Origin: Vicugna vicugna
Taxonomy: Eukaryota
Length of the DNA: 64,000 nucleotides
Direction of reading: 5' to 3'
Assembly: GCA_013265495.1 (NCBI GenBank)
Contig: MU058153.1
Coordinates: forward strand, 498,001 to 562,000
In this document: positions 1 through 12,765 of the stretch, piece after piece
Numbering within the stretch: the stretch's first letter is position 1
Layout of the letters: each line of letters starts with the position of its first letter
Notes under the pieces: model-generated
Seen by the model: the letters and a program-made list of their open reading frames with translations, nothing else
The model's database searches: none
Told to the model about the DNA's origin: nothing
Program-made: the position numbers and the translations under genes

Positions 1-584
1 AACTATAAGGACAGGCTATAGAAAGCCTATAGCTTCATTTTCTTCCCTTGGGGAGCTGCCCTGAGACTGCTGTGAGAGACAGCACATCTAGCCTAGTGGA
101 GGTCACACAGAGGAAAACTGACCTGCCCCCTCCCTCCTTTCTCCTCCTGTCACGTCACCGAAAGCCAGCTCCAGCTGCTGGACACGTGGATCAGTCCACA
201 CTGGGCCTCCCAGCTCAGTCTGTTCTCTAGCTAAATGTAGCTGCGTGAGTGAGTTAAGGTGGAAGGAGTAAAGGAACTGCCCATCCAATACAGAGAACAG
301 TTAGATACAAGAAATCTTTAAGTCTCTATGTCTTGGGATGATTTACTACACAGCCACAGTTAACTGGAACACGGAATAGGCTCGCCTATTGTACAAGTGT
401 CTTTCAGTCCCTGAGATTTCAGTTGGGTGTAGGCGTGGGTTTGTGAGTTTCTCAAGTTGTTTTTCTGTGTTTTCTTGAGAAAGAGTAACCTGGTACAGTG
501 AAGATAGAGTGCTTATATAAACATTCGAGACGTTACGAATCAGCTGCTTGGCATTCCTTCAGCTTCATTTTTAATGTTGTTTTT

Positions 585-695
585 GAGTCATTATTTATGT
601 ATTCAACAAATAAATACTTAGAACCTACTACGTGGCAGACACTGAACTCAGTATAAGTAATGTCATCTTCATTCTGAGAAGCTTCAACATAGAAA
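585..695 (-). mobile_element. L2 LINE 3' end fragment
   Basis: tattcaacaaataaatacttagaacctactacgtggcagacactg resembles the reverse complement of the L2 3' terminus. Confidence 0.65.
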
Positions 696-949
696 GGAAA
701 TGAATTTCCCTGAAACATCTAGGGTGTTAAGTTTTACACACACACTTTCTCTCTCACCTTCTCTCTCTCCAACACTCACTCTGTCTCACACACCACACAC
801 ACACACACAGGTACTCATTCATACTCCTATTTGTGGATTTCTTCTTCCTGTTATTGGAAGGAATAAAAGTTACCCTCTTTGTACCATATTATGAAATAAT
901 AATTTGTTTGCATGTTTTATTTATATATGTTCAAATTTAATTTTCCTTA

Positions 950-1085
950 AGCCTTTGAGAAAGGCATTATTTTTCCATTTTACAGATGGGAATACTGAGG
1001 GTTAAGAGACTAAGAATTGGGTTCAACGTCATGCACTAGATGGAGAACTCAGAATTGACACGTGGGTTGTCTTTCTTCCCCTCCT
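950..1085 (-). mobile_element. MIR SINE fragment
   Basis: ccattttacagatgggaatactgaggg is the MIR core (consensus-like cccattttacagatgaggaaactgagg). Confidence 0.75.
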
Positions 1086-2319
1086 GGGACCTTCCCCCTG
1101 CACTGGACATCCTAGCTCGAAGCAGGACTAGGAGGCCAGCCCCGCTGCCTTGATTTCATCTTTCATGGCCTTTTGTTTTTCTTTTCTATTTTTTCCCTTT
1201 GTCCCTCTGTCACTCCCTTTTAACCTTAGCCCTTCCCTTAACTGACTGATAGTTGAAATTCTTCTTTACTCTACTGAGCCTTTTTTTCTAGAATAGAAAG
1301 AACATTTTTCTCTAGATATTGAAAACCACTTGTCTCCTGAGAGGCAAGCTTGCCTCAGACTGACCCTTGTGTGGTGGCGTGGGTCTTGATTTGCTTTTAT
1401 GGTCCAATTTATTCAGAATTAAAGTGTCAGGAGAGTAAAGTCTGGGGAGAATAAATTTTCTTGTTAACGCCTCATGAGTTATTTCTTGGGAGATAGGCAG
1501 TGTTTCCTTTGTTCAGCATCTTCTTGGAACTTGTGAAAAAGAAGATAAAATGAACTGAAGGTTACATGTTAAATCTTACTTTCTACTAATCCTGAGGTGT
1601 AGCTTACTGGTAGATCTAAGGGATAAGGGATGGAAGTTAAGTCAGACTCCTTGCCTCATACCTACAACATGTCCCAATTTAATTTTCTTCCTTGTATTAC
1701 TAGATGATTTTTTCTCCTCCAGAATCTCATTACCTTGTTTGATTTTTTACTCAGGCTTATATAACCAATGTCTTTTTCCATAGACCATTTGGTAAATGCA
1801 GCCCGACTGGTAAACACTCACTGATACCTGTAACCCAGAAGATAACAGGGCTTATCTTCAACTTTACAGCAGTCCTGGTTCGATGGCTAATCTACTGGAT
1901 GATGGAGGGACCACTTTATAAAGGCTTTTCGCATTGTCGCTCCTCTTTTACTTTCTTCAAAGCCACCGCGCTCTATAGTTCTTGGCTTGCCTTTGAAAAT
2001 AAATATTCTATAGCATTAGAGTTTACCGAATTCTCTCTTGTCTATAAAATTTGCTTCTGCTCTGCTCATAATAGACTCTGCTCTGAGATTTCCTTCAGCT
2101 CTTCTGTGCTGTTTTTCCCATTGTAGTTGCAGTTGCACATGATATATACTCAGCGAACCAAGAAAATTGTAATATAAAATACAGACCCACTTTTTAAATT
2201 TTTTTTCTTTCCGCTAATTGGTTTCTTCTAGTCCTTTGTTAATTTTTTTTCGAATCGGTCATCCAAGTCAGGGTTGATATTGTGAGGTTTCCTTAGCACC
2301 TCTGTTGAAGCAAAAAAAG

Positions 2320-2535
2320 TAATATGTTGAACTAAAAAGAGCCCTTGACTTGAAGTCAGAAATGAAGTTCCTCCGTTTCATAGCTCTACAACCTCGGGCA
2401 AGCTGTTTGCACTTTCTGAAATCAGCTTCATTCCTTTGTTGAATGGGGATCATACCTGCCTCAAAAGCATTTTCTTCAGTGCAGAAGATTCTGCATCTAC
2501 GAAGCAGTAAAATTGTGAGCATTTTGAAGATAGAG
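2320..2535 (+). mobile_element. MIR SINE
   Basis: aaaagagcccttgacttgaagtcaga...cctcgggcaagctgtt...cttcattcctttgttgaatggggatcatacctgcctca follows the MIR consensus order. Confidence 0.7.
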
Positions 2536-2689
2536 TGACTCAGATTATCCAGTACAGGAACCTGATGGCTCATTTCATAGCAAGAAAGAGGCACCAAAGA
2601 GAGAGAACAATGTCCAAGAGTGTATTGAATTAAAATCCTCACTTCAAAAATGTTCTTATTTTTATGAAATTAGCCAATTTTTGATGTTA

Positions 2690-3110
2690 ATACTCAGTGT
2701 AGAAAATAATGTGAACAAATGGATAACAGTTGGTAGCCGTGTCTATTGCTACAGTAGCACTTTTAGAAAGCGACTTGACTTTATGTATTCTAGGTCATAG
2801 AATTGTTCATTTGCCTTGGTCCCTTTCTGGAAATCTATCCTAAGGAAATATGAAAAATGTGGTATGCACCAATAATGCTAATAAATTATGTAACATAAAA
2901 AAAGTCATCAACCGACATGCCAAACAAGAAGATATGGGTAAACTAATTATGCATAGATATAAGGCAGCTATTAAAATTTACAACTGGGAAGACTTTGTTT
3001 AATAACAACTATATAAAGGCTATGCATATATATGTAAATTTGGAAGACTGAATAGCAGTGCACTGAGATACTCATAGTGGTTGCATTATGAGGGCTTTTT
3101 TTTTTTTTCC
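2690..3110 (+). mobile_element. Ancient L1 (L1ME-like) 3' remnant
   Basis: ttctggaaatctatcctaaggaaata and gcagctattaaaat are typical old L1M 3' motifs; heavily decayed. Confidence 0.55.
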
Positions 3111-3139
3111 TAAGTGGTTTTATTTCTGAAAGCAGAAAA

Positions 3140-3578
3140 TGTTTGGGCCAGCTAATATAACTCTTGGTTGCAAATAACCATAATCTGACTCCAGAAGCCT
3201 AAATTAATTGGACTTCAAATTTCCCACTTAACAAGAAGTCCAGAAATGGTAGGCCATGGTTCCATGACTTAATATTATTATCAGGGCCAGGGAGTCTGTC
3301 GGCGTTTAGCATTTGGCTGCCAGATGACCGCTGAAGTCCTCATCCCCTAATCTACATTCAAGGCGGAAAGAATGGAGAAGGGGCGAGATGCGTGTCAGCT
3401 ACATCCGTGTCTTTTTTAGCTGGAAGGAAAAGAAGACCCCCAGGCTAAGTCTCTGAGGATGAAGTGCAGATGGCCATCCCTACCTGGAATGCTGGTTGGG
3501 GAGAGCTCATGAGAGGGGAAAAAGACAAGGACGGTTGAAAATAACTCCGGGGTGGCCGATAAACCGTGTCTCCCACAG
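3140..3578 (-). mobile_element. MaLR LTR remnant (MLT1J/K/L-like)
   Basis: ttggttgcaaataac, aacaagaagtccaga, ctacattcaagg and terminal tctcccaca match reverse-oriented old MLT1 LTRs. Confidence 0.6.
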
Positions 3579-4510
3579 AGGTCAGCTATGGCTCAGGGGG
3601 CCAGATGGTCCCGGTATGGAGATGCCTCATCTCCAGAGGAGGTCTCGGTTCTCTGTTCTTGTTTCTGTCTCAGACACCTTGCCTTCCAGTGATCACTGCT
3701 TTTCTTCTTCTACCTTACCTCTGCCTTCCACCTGTCTGTAAGACCAGCACAAAGAAGACGTAAGAGCTGAAAGGGAAGTGAATTTGAGCATCCATTCCTT
3801 ATCCAGGATGCTTGATTCTGCTCAGAACACTCAGATTCCCTGAGAACATTTAGCAGTAAATACAGCTAACATGAGTCTCAATTCCCATGCAGCTCCAATG
3901 TTGAGTTTCTCTAGTCATGCATATCAAGTAGTTTTGAAAACAGGAGAGTGAGAGAGCAGCTCCTTTTTCATCTTTGCCCCTGAGAAGACTGGCTGTTTAT
4001 GACTCATTTAGAATTTCAGCATTATCATAACCGATGAGTTAACGAGCACTCCCCCCCCCATTAGGTAGCATCTTTGGTCTAGAGATAAATTCTCTTAGAC
4101 TGCATCTTTTTATGTGTGGGGTGTTGCTCTCCTGGTGGCTGTCATTTGATTTCTGATGGAAATTTTACATGGTTCTCTTAATAATGAGAAAAGAAACAAT
4201 AAAAATGGGGAGGAGACCATAAGTTAAACCTCTAAAATCTATCAGGAATCAGCTTCCTTCTCAATCATCACTGGCCCCAGGTTGGCGTACATTATTGTTG
4301 GCTTATGCCATATTTCTTCCCCCTTTCACTCGTGTTTCCTTTAATCCATTCTCTATAGAGTGAACAGAAAGATTTTAAAAAAGGATCAATTACTTGCTTC
4401 AAAGAAAAAAAAATTAAAACACTTATCAATTACTTGAATTCATTTCTTTGGATTTAGGATGAAATCAGGGTCCTTACCTATGGTCCTTAAATGTTCATTG
4501 AACATACGGA

Positions 4511-4827
4511 AGGTCGTCCCTCACTATCCTTGGAGGATTGTTCCCAGGACACTCCCTTCCCTACCAAAATCCTTGGATGCTTGAGGCCCCTGTATAAAAT
4601 GGCAAAGTATTTGCCTGTGACTTATGTACATCCTCCCATATACTTTAAATCTTTGCCAGATGACTTATAACATGTAATACAATGTAAATGCTATATAAAT
4701 AGTTGCCAGTACAGGGCAAATTCAAGTTTTGCTTTTTAAAACTTTCTGGAATTTAAAAAAAAATATTTTCAATCCATGGTTGGTTGAATTGGCAGATGCA
4801 GAACCTGTGGGTATGGAGGGACAACTG
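4511..4827 (+). mobile_element. MER2/MER2B-like Tigger (Tc1/mariner) MITE
   Basis: Degenerate left TIR gtcgtccctcactatcc; internal tacaatgtaaatgctat and gcaaattcaagttttgcttttt; right end ggtatggagggacaactg followed by TA. Confidence 0.85.
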
Positions 4828-4831
4828 TATA

Positions 4832-5035
4832 CAGTTAACCCTCAAACAACATGAGGGTTAGGGGCACCGACCCTTGAAGAGTTGAAAATTCATGTATGAC
4901 TTGACAGATGTCCTTCTGTATCTACAGATTCAACCAACCATGGATTGTGTAGTATGATAGTACGTATTTAGTGGAAAAAATTCACATATGTGGTGGATCC
5001 ACTCAGTTCAAACCTTGCTGTTCGAAGGTCAACTG
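4832..5035 (+). mobile_element. Tigger2-derived MITE
   Basis: TIRs cagttaaccctcaaacaaca and tgctgttcgaaggtcaactg are mutually inverted; TA on both sides (4830-31, 5036-37). Confidence 0.85.
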
Positions 5036-5299
5036 TATGTTACATAAATGAGTGATGAAATAATGACGGAAAAATAGGTCTGGAAGGCTAGAAAGATTTT
5101 GTAGAAGGTTGGTGCTAAGGTTGGCAAAGTTGAGTCAGAGGCCAAAATTTAAACTGCCTGAAGTGTTATGTTAATTGCTTTGAAATGTCCTAATTTTTCT
5201 CCACGTCGTCTCCTGCCAGCCTCTCCTCCCTCGAAGAGCTCTAGCTGTGTTGGTATTTGGAGACTCCCTCCAGGCATTTACCTTGAGCCTCTCCTCGTT

Positions 5300-5612
5300 G
5301 TTCCTCTGTTGTCAGTGTTAGCTCTCAATTTATCACCTTCTCAGAGAAGCCCTCCCCACCTAGTTAACCGAACCAGGATTCCCAGGGCGGTCCAGCTGCC
5401 ATCTCTGTGTGATCTTCTATCTCAGCTCTTTGTTGGGTTGTGTTTGAGAAATTGTATTATTTTATTTATCCATCAGTTGTCCTAACTGCGTCTGTCTGTA
5501 CCATCAGAATGCAAGATCTATACGATCAGGAATCTTCTTCACCTAGTGTCTAATCAGTGCTGAAGTATAAGAGATTTGCTATGAGTATCCATTTAATTAC
5601 TTAATAAATGAA
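5300..5612 (+). mobile_element. L2 3' fragment
   Basis: tttatttatc...gtctgtctgtaccatcagaatgcaagatc...cctagtgtcta...taataaatgaat follows the L2 3' end pattern. Confidence 0.55.
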
Positions 5613-6059
5613 TTATGTTGATATGAAGGCCAAACAATAAAATAAATCTAAGCAGCAGGTACAGTGCCTGCTAATACTGTTTGCTTGAGGATGGTTGATC
5701 TTTCTTTCTTTCTTCATCCAGTTCCCCTACTTTGTCTCACAGGGCTGTGGGCTCCCCTAAGGCAGGTATCATATTATAATTGTCTCTCGGTCCCAGGTCC
5801 TCCATACTCTGTGGCACAATGAAGTCAGAGGATTTTGTTTAAAAAAAAAAAAAGAAGAAGAAATGATGAAATGAGTGAAGAGACTAACAAATAGACACTG
5901 GATTGGGGTGAAAGGTGTTCTAGGTGAGTAAGGGTTAGGACCGTCAACAATGCACTAGAAGTGAGCTTACAAAAAAGCATGTAGGATCTGTGAAGATATG
6001 AATTGTATCTATCTTTTTTCCCCCATGAGCCCCTGGTGTGGAGGACAATTCCTGGAACT

Positions 6060-6084
6060 TGTGTGTGTGTGTGTGTGTGTGTGT
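6060..6084. repeat. (GT)12 microsatellite
   Basis: Read directly. Confidence 0.98.
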
Positions 6085-7499
6085 AAATGAGAGACAGACA
6101 GATAGACAGAATGTGTGGTTGGAAAGAAAGACAACAAAAGTTTGAGGATTATATTGGAAGAGGTAAATGTTTATTTTAAAAGGCCTAGACTGGATAACTA
6201 ATTAGTTTGAGACTTATCTTGTCAGCAGTGGGTGACCTTTGAACACTTTTATTACACTGGCAGAAATAAGTTATCTCAGGATGCTGGAACAGGATGGGGG
6301 GTGAGAGTTTGTGTCAAATCTCATAAAATCCAAGCTCTAATGATGCCCATTTCTGGAAGCTTGTCTAGTGCTTACAAGTTGTCCTATTATGTTGCATTCA
6401 GGAATAGTGTCTTCTGTTGAAAGATTGAAAAGGGCTGAGTATTTTAGGTCAGTATGGCAAGACTAACCTAAGGCGTTTGCAGGTGGCAGTGTGCCTTTCG
6501 TTTAGTCATATATCAGATTTTGAGATTTATCAGATTTATTGGATTATAAAACTAAAATCCATTATAGGAAAACTGGCCAAGTGTCTCTCCTCTTCTTAAA
6601 TGCCAGCTATGGAAACTTCATTTCAGAAGGTTAAGAGTACTTGTTTTTAGGGACTCTTGAAGGATAAGCAGTTATCCATTCAGCTCATGGGAAGAATTGG
6701 TGTAAATCATTTGGAGATGTTGTGGTCTGCCAGGAGAGATGATTTGGAGAAGTGGAGTTTAGAACCCGAATGTAACTGGCTTTGCTTTTGGAAGTAGAGG
6801 TTAGTGTTGTAAGATAGGCTCTCCGTGATGATTACGACCACTTACAAGATTTCTGCACAACATCAGGCAGTGGAAGCAGCTGAATCATTTCTGTAAAAGG
6901 CTCTGTGCTTTTTCTGGTCAAGTGCATAGCCTTTACTGCCACTGTGGGGACTTGGACAAATAAGGACTTGTTGGTTCAAGCAGCATGTCCATAGGTGGGT
7001 CTACCTCTCCATTTATGAGATCTGACAGCATCATATTGAGATTAGTTGCATAAGAAACCAAAAAGTAGTGAGAATGCATGAATTAGTCTGGCTTAAGAAA
7101 GTGGTGCCACTTAGCTGTTCCAACCTTGCCTTCAGGGGCAATCGCCAGGGTCTGGTAAGAAGTCAGGGATTCTCAAGCCCTCAAACTAAGTTCTGGATCT
7201 CTGTCTTCTACGGCATTAGTTTTCTTCCTTGGTCTTAGTCTTTTCGTAAATTCCAGTTTTGTCCCGAATGCCTATCAGAACAACAGGAAAATCAGGGAGG
7301 CTAAATTAATTATAACAAATATTGGAATCTATAACATGCTTCCGTTGTTCTTGGCTTCTTTTAATGGGGACATGTCCACCTCGGAGAGTTGCCATGAAAT
7401 CTATCTACTATATTTTCCAAAAGCATTATGTAGTCAGAGAAGAAGCTGTTCCCACATCTTTTATTTTGGAGAAACATTCCATGCTATTTTTCTTTTATA

Positions 7500-7502
<3 letters not shown>

Positions 7503-7563
<61 letters not shown>
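7503..7563. repeat. (AT)~30 microsatellite with one interruption
   Basis: Read directly; single C at 7540. Confidence 0.98.
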
Positions 7564-8899
7564 AATAATATATATAAAAGAGAAGAGGACTAATATACAT
7601 CTGTTAACATTTAGCAAATTACTAGTGCTCTGTGAACCCATCTGGGAAATGATGACCTACATAATGGTATTATGAATGGAAATATATTTATTGGAAAACA
7701 CCCGTGTGACTATCAATGAACACGTGAGGATAAAACCGTATCTTGTCACATAATTTTTTGTGGAACGTAAGTTCCTCAGTCATTTTAGATAATATACAGA
7801 GAGCAACTAGTTGAGTACTTGACTCTTAGTAAATGTTAACCACTATTAAATCAGAAAATTCATACTGAGAAACCAATACCTTGTTATGCTGATGTTGATC
7901 AACTAGTTCTCTTTTGTAATGAAATGTAAGGCCTGCCAGGGTCTAGTAATTTTTTTGTCGAAACCTGAGGTCTGCGCTTCTGAATCTGTATCTGTCAATT
8001 CTCTGTAATATACACTGATGTTTTCCATAGTAACAGTCGTAGGAGCTCCATAAAAGGGTACTGGAATTACATTCTAATTTCCTTCTAATATTAACGTTCT
8101 CTTGCACGTACAGCATACCGTATACAGTAACATCAGCTTGGAATTATAGCGTCATCAACAGTCCTGCGATATTATTAGTGCTTTCGGTGATTTTGGCTGT
8201 GATGAGGGGCAGCGTCAATATCCCGTCTAAGTGAAAATCTGGCAGCATGGATCCCGTGGACTTTTTGTTTCCACCCTCCATTGCACAGGGTGGCTGAGAG
8301 GACTCGTTGGCTTCTTAAATGCAGGATAACTGGGAACTGCATTCAGATACTGCTTCTTTCCCTAACACCTCAGCCTGAAAACAAAACAAAACAAAACAAA
8401 AAGCAGGCAAGAATAGAAAGAGTATTCTTAGCTGAGCCAGCACGATATGAATGCTGTATTACCAGCTGCTCGCCGAGACGCAGCTGAGCAGATCTGCAGA
8501 CTTCAAGCTGCCCCACATCCGCCTTTTAAGACTGGTGGGAGAAAACCCCTGTGTACTTTCCAAGCAGAAAGTCTCTCTTACTCAAGCTGACTCTGAAACA
8601 AAGATGCTGTCCTTTCCAGTCTCCCAAGAGTACTGGGACACAGATGGTAGGAATATCCTTAAGCACGTCAGAATAGTAATGAATTCTATTTGCAGCATTT
8701 GAGGTGCATGGACAACTTCCCTGTGCTTTGTATTACCTGGGACATAGACAACCCTGTGAGAATGATTTTGCAGATACAGAAGTCAGGCTCCGGTAAACAA
8801 AGTGACTTGACCAGAGTGTTGACCATGCATCATTATATGACTTAAAGTCTCAGATAAGCAAATGGGAGGCAATGAATACGGCTTTAAAATTTACTAAAA

Positions 8900-9180
8900 A
8901 AAATTATCTAGGAAGCCTATTAAACAGATGTCCAGGCCTACTCCCCCTTACCCCACCCCCATGAAGATGGGGGTTCTGCAGTGTCCGGGGTGAGGTGTTA
9001 GGGGGCTTACAAAGTATCTTATGGCAGTGCTTTCTAAATTTTAACATGTCGACAAATAACTCAGGGATCTGGAGAGGGACCTGAGGATGTGCCTTTCTGG
9101 GGAGATCTCAGTGATGCTGGCCAGTCCTGCAGGGCTCGGGATTGTTATTTGAGTAGCTATGCCCTAAGCGATTCTGATGG
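8900..9180. mobile_element. MER5-like hAT-Charlie remnants
   Basis: cagtgctttctaaattttaa...ggacctgaggatgtgcctttct...gtgatgctg...tttgagtagc resembles MER5A/B. Confidence 0.5.
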
Positions 9181-10074
9181 GGATGGAGGTGCACATGCAG
9201 GAAAACTATGTCAAGGATTTCTCCACCTGCCAATTACTTAGTAAGTTCAGTACTTGAACTGCCACTTAGACCTGGCATGCTTTTTTAGGCTGAGATGGAT
9301 ATTAGAAATGTAGAATTATAGGTAATTAGAAGCAATGTGCAGAAAAGAAAATAACAAATATGGAAGCCCAATTTAGAACTCGTGTTAGTTTTCTTGTCTC
9401 AGGATCACCGGTTTTGGTCTAAATTATCATGAAGATTACATAGAAATCAAGAGTGGCAGACATGACTAAAATTATTGTGGGAAAGAGAAATGAAATGCTA
9501 TATGCAATGGAAATGATACCGTTTTTTCTTAAAATAAAAAAAAATGCATAGTGTTGATGAACAGATAATACAAGGGGATAGGCTTCACAACAGAGAGTTT
9601 CATAAACTTTCATGTTTCCTGAAAGTTTATATTATTTTCCCCTTCTGAGATGTGGGGCTCTTATTTGGGGGCATCAGGATGTTTTCTCGGGGTGTTGAGA
9701 GGACATAATGTGACCTTGTATAGAATCCCTCCTTGCCCTTACCCACTGCCCATCCTTTCTGTGCATCTTTTATCTTAGAAAGTAATTGAGACAGATACAT
9801 GATATCTCACTGTTGCTGCTGATTTGCAATCTCCAGGAATTTCAGGTCGAGGTGGGCAATTTCTCACGGGCTAGAATGTGTTGGGCAATATTTGTAAAGA
9901 TAGTCTGACTTTATCATAATATTTCCTTCTCTTTGCCATTGGAAAAAAATGGTGCCAGGCCTGATTTTGATGTCATTACAGTGGGTTTAGATTCTGATGA
10001 AGCAAAAGTGTTGAATTTTATAACTCCTCTGGAGCGTGGGTCGGGAGGATGGTATTACAGGGAAGCTTCATGTT

Positions 10075-10100
10075 TGTGTGTGTGTGTGTGTGTGTGTGTG
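10075..10100. repeat. (TG)13 microsatellite
   Basis: Read directly. Confidence 0.98.
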
Positions 10101-11342
10101 CATTTTATTGTTTCATTTATTTTCATCCTATCTCTTTACTTTTTATTTACTTTTCCTCTACTTCTCCCACTTTCCGACTTGCAGAATAGCCTCTCAATCA
10201 CTCTTTTTTTTTTTAATATTGATACCTACAACATTATTTCAGTAATTAAAATCAGGTCATTTCTGATGTTATTGTGGCCTAATGACAACAGTGTCCCTTC
10301 TCCTACTCAGGAAAACATTGGTTTAATCCTTCTCTCGTATACTTGTCAACTTCTATTCTTGCTCTCTCCTAGACTTTGACCAACTGATTCACACTAAAGT
10401 GTAAATGATTGACACAGGCCATTTGTATTTTGATGTAGAAATGAAACCTTATGCTCAAGTTTTCACTGCCTAATATGGCATTTCTGATATGGTAAAGTTG
10501 GTGAAGTAGTTTGTCCCCTTTTGAGTAAAGCAGGAATCCTGAAATTATACCATAGATAGTGATTTACTTAATTCACCTTGGTTTTTGTTTTGATTTTGGA
10601 ACTGTTATTTATTCTCTCCTTTCTTTTCGTCTAAAAGTTTTCTAAGCTCCAAAAATAGCAAGTTATAACCATTTATACATAATGCACCATTTCAGCCTAA
10701 CTTCTCCCACTAGTTACCACCCTTTCTGGCAGTCTCATGATCCCTGTTGGGGAAATGAGCCCCTTTCTGCATTGTTCTAGGTTTCATACTCCTGGATCCA
10801 ACCACTAGATGTCTCTGTAATTACATGTGGGGCCAAATCAGAGAGGACGGCTCACCATAGAGGAAAAGATTGGCCTTAAAGACTTATCCCCAAATTCTAA
10901 ATACTTACTTTCATTAGAGTGGAATGATCTTAAATACATATAAGGTAGCACCACTAAACAATGAGTTATTTCGTTATCTGCATGTGTTTTTGTGACTTAT
11001 TATGAACAGAATTAGGTCCATCAATCCTCAAGAGAAACTGTACATGGGTGGTAAAATCTTGTGTTTCAACTAGGCATGTGTGTGTGAGTATTCATGTGCC
11101 CCTCCACACATACTCTCAGAAATCTTGCTTTTTTTTTTTTTTTTTTTTGCAGGTGGGTAGAGAGACAAGGTAACCAGTCTCAGAGCTTTATAGTAACATA
11201 TTTGTATAAGAACATTTGGATTACCAGTTCAGTTTTCAAAATGAAACAGGTGATGATAGAGGGTCAAGTTGTCCTGAGAGATCTAATACAAAGACACAGC
11301 AAATTCACCTTTGTTGGTGGACCAGTCAGGCTCAGAAAGAAC

Positions 11343-11491
11343 TTCCTCCCTTCCTTCCTCCCTCCCTCCCTTCTTCCGTTCGTTCGTTGGTTCTTTGGTT
11401 CGTTCCTTCCTTCCTTTCTTTCTCCCTCCCCCTTTTTCTTCCCTTCCCTTTATCTCTCCTTCCTTCTTCTTTCTCTCTTTGTTTTCCTTTC
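11343..11491. repeat. Polypyrimidine (CCTT/CCCT/CGTT) low-complexity tract
   Basis: About 150 nt of near-pure pyrimidine with a short (TTCG)n core. Confidence 0.9.
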
Positions 11492-12539
11492 AAAATTAAC
11501 TATCCCAGGAAACGTCCAAGTTTATGAGGATATTGACACTTTTCCCATTGTGCGTTATGTTGGAAATTGTAAGGAATGCAAAATTTTATCTCAGTTACTG
11601 TTTTTTTTAACCTTAGTGCTTAAATAGTGCCTTACATAGTAGATTCCCAGTAAATGCTGCTGAATAGTAAATGGATGAGGAAGATAATCTATGTGGTAGA
11701 AATAAGCAAATTCAGGTTAGTTACACAAATAATCTGAGTAAGTAATGAAATATATAATATATAATAAGCATACATAAGGAAATACTTTTAATCTTTGAAA
11801 AATAATTTGTTTTTGATTTTATCAAGTGATTCAAATTTGTCTGACAATCTGTGCTATGATTAGTAGAAAGACAGGCAACAATAACTTGTTAAAGTTAAAA
11901 TATTATGTATAAATCTACCTGTGGGAGTGTATTGCTCATGTGAATTCTGTACATCACTCTTGTAGCGGTGGAGAGAAAAATTAAGTTGAGTACAACCAGT
12001 ACGGGGAGTGTCCTTAATGACCTGCTTTCATGAGTAAATAACTTACATACAAGTACAGGAGTACTCAAAGTGTTTGAAAACAGTGTCTTTTCAAATTAAA
12101 GTAATGCATCTCCATTATAATTATATCCTTTGTAGTTACTTATAAGCAGGTTCTTTTCTCCAAAAGAACATTAAAAAACTTGAACCCTTTCCCTATGCAC
12201 CATAAATGATTGCAGATTCCACCTGAAAGGAGGACATCAAACAGCTGTTTATCCACAGAGACTTTGTATTGGCGATTCCCTGAGGATTTGCTCAGTAGTT
12301 CAGTATGTCACCATGACCTCCTTTGAATTCCTGAAATATAGCCATTTCCTGAGGGCACGTATGGTGGTTGTCTAGGAAGTGGCACACTGCAGTCTGAGTT
12401 CATTCTCTAGCTGTCTGAAAGTGACCAGCATTTCTAAAGAAAGTCCATTGTCTTACTTACCTTCCTTCTTAGCTGGAAGGAAGACACAAAAGAGAACTGT
12501 CATAATTTTTAATTCTGGAGAGTACAAAAATGGCTGTGA

Positions 12540-12765
12540 TAGCTAACAATGACCAATCGTTACTATGAGTTGTAAATTATAAGGCAGTGTATTTTTTGAG
12601 TTTTGCAATCATTATTGCTTTAATCTGCAAAACCAGCCCTAATACTGCTAGTGAACACTGAGGCACACAGAGGTTGAGGAACTTGTTAGTAAGCGGAGGA
12701 CTTGGACTTCAACTCCGACAGCTTTGTCCTAGAGGCTGTGGTCTATGGCTACGCGACCACTGCTC
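12540..12765 (-). mobile_element. MIR SINE
   Basis: actgaggcacacagaggttgaggaacttg...ggacttcaactcc matches the MIR core. Confidence 0.7.

Noticed and set aside
1341..1356. Perfect 16-bp palindrome gaggcaagcttgcctc containing p53-like half-sites
   Set aside because: About one such palindrome is expected by chance in 64 kb, and the two half-sites overlap rather than lying in tandem
8943..9006. G-quadruplex or i-motif candidates (also 29779-29796)
   Set aside because: Only three closely spaced G or C runs on a given strand
9933..10379. 148-aa ORF with apparent transmembrane segment
   Set aside because: TTG start, runs through (TG)13 and T-rich DNA, no recognisable homology
11094..11627. Longest ORF (177 aa) with a hydrophobic F/L/P/S stretch
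   Set aside because: Stays open because it crosses a poly-T run and a stop-free polypyrimidine tract
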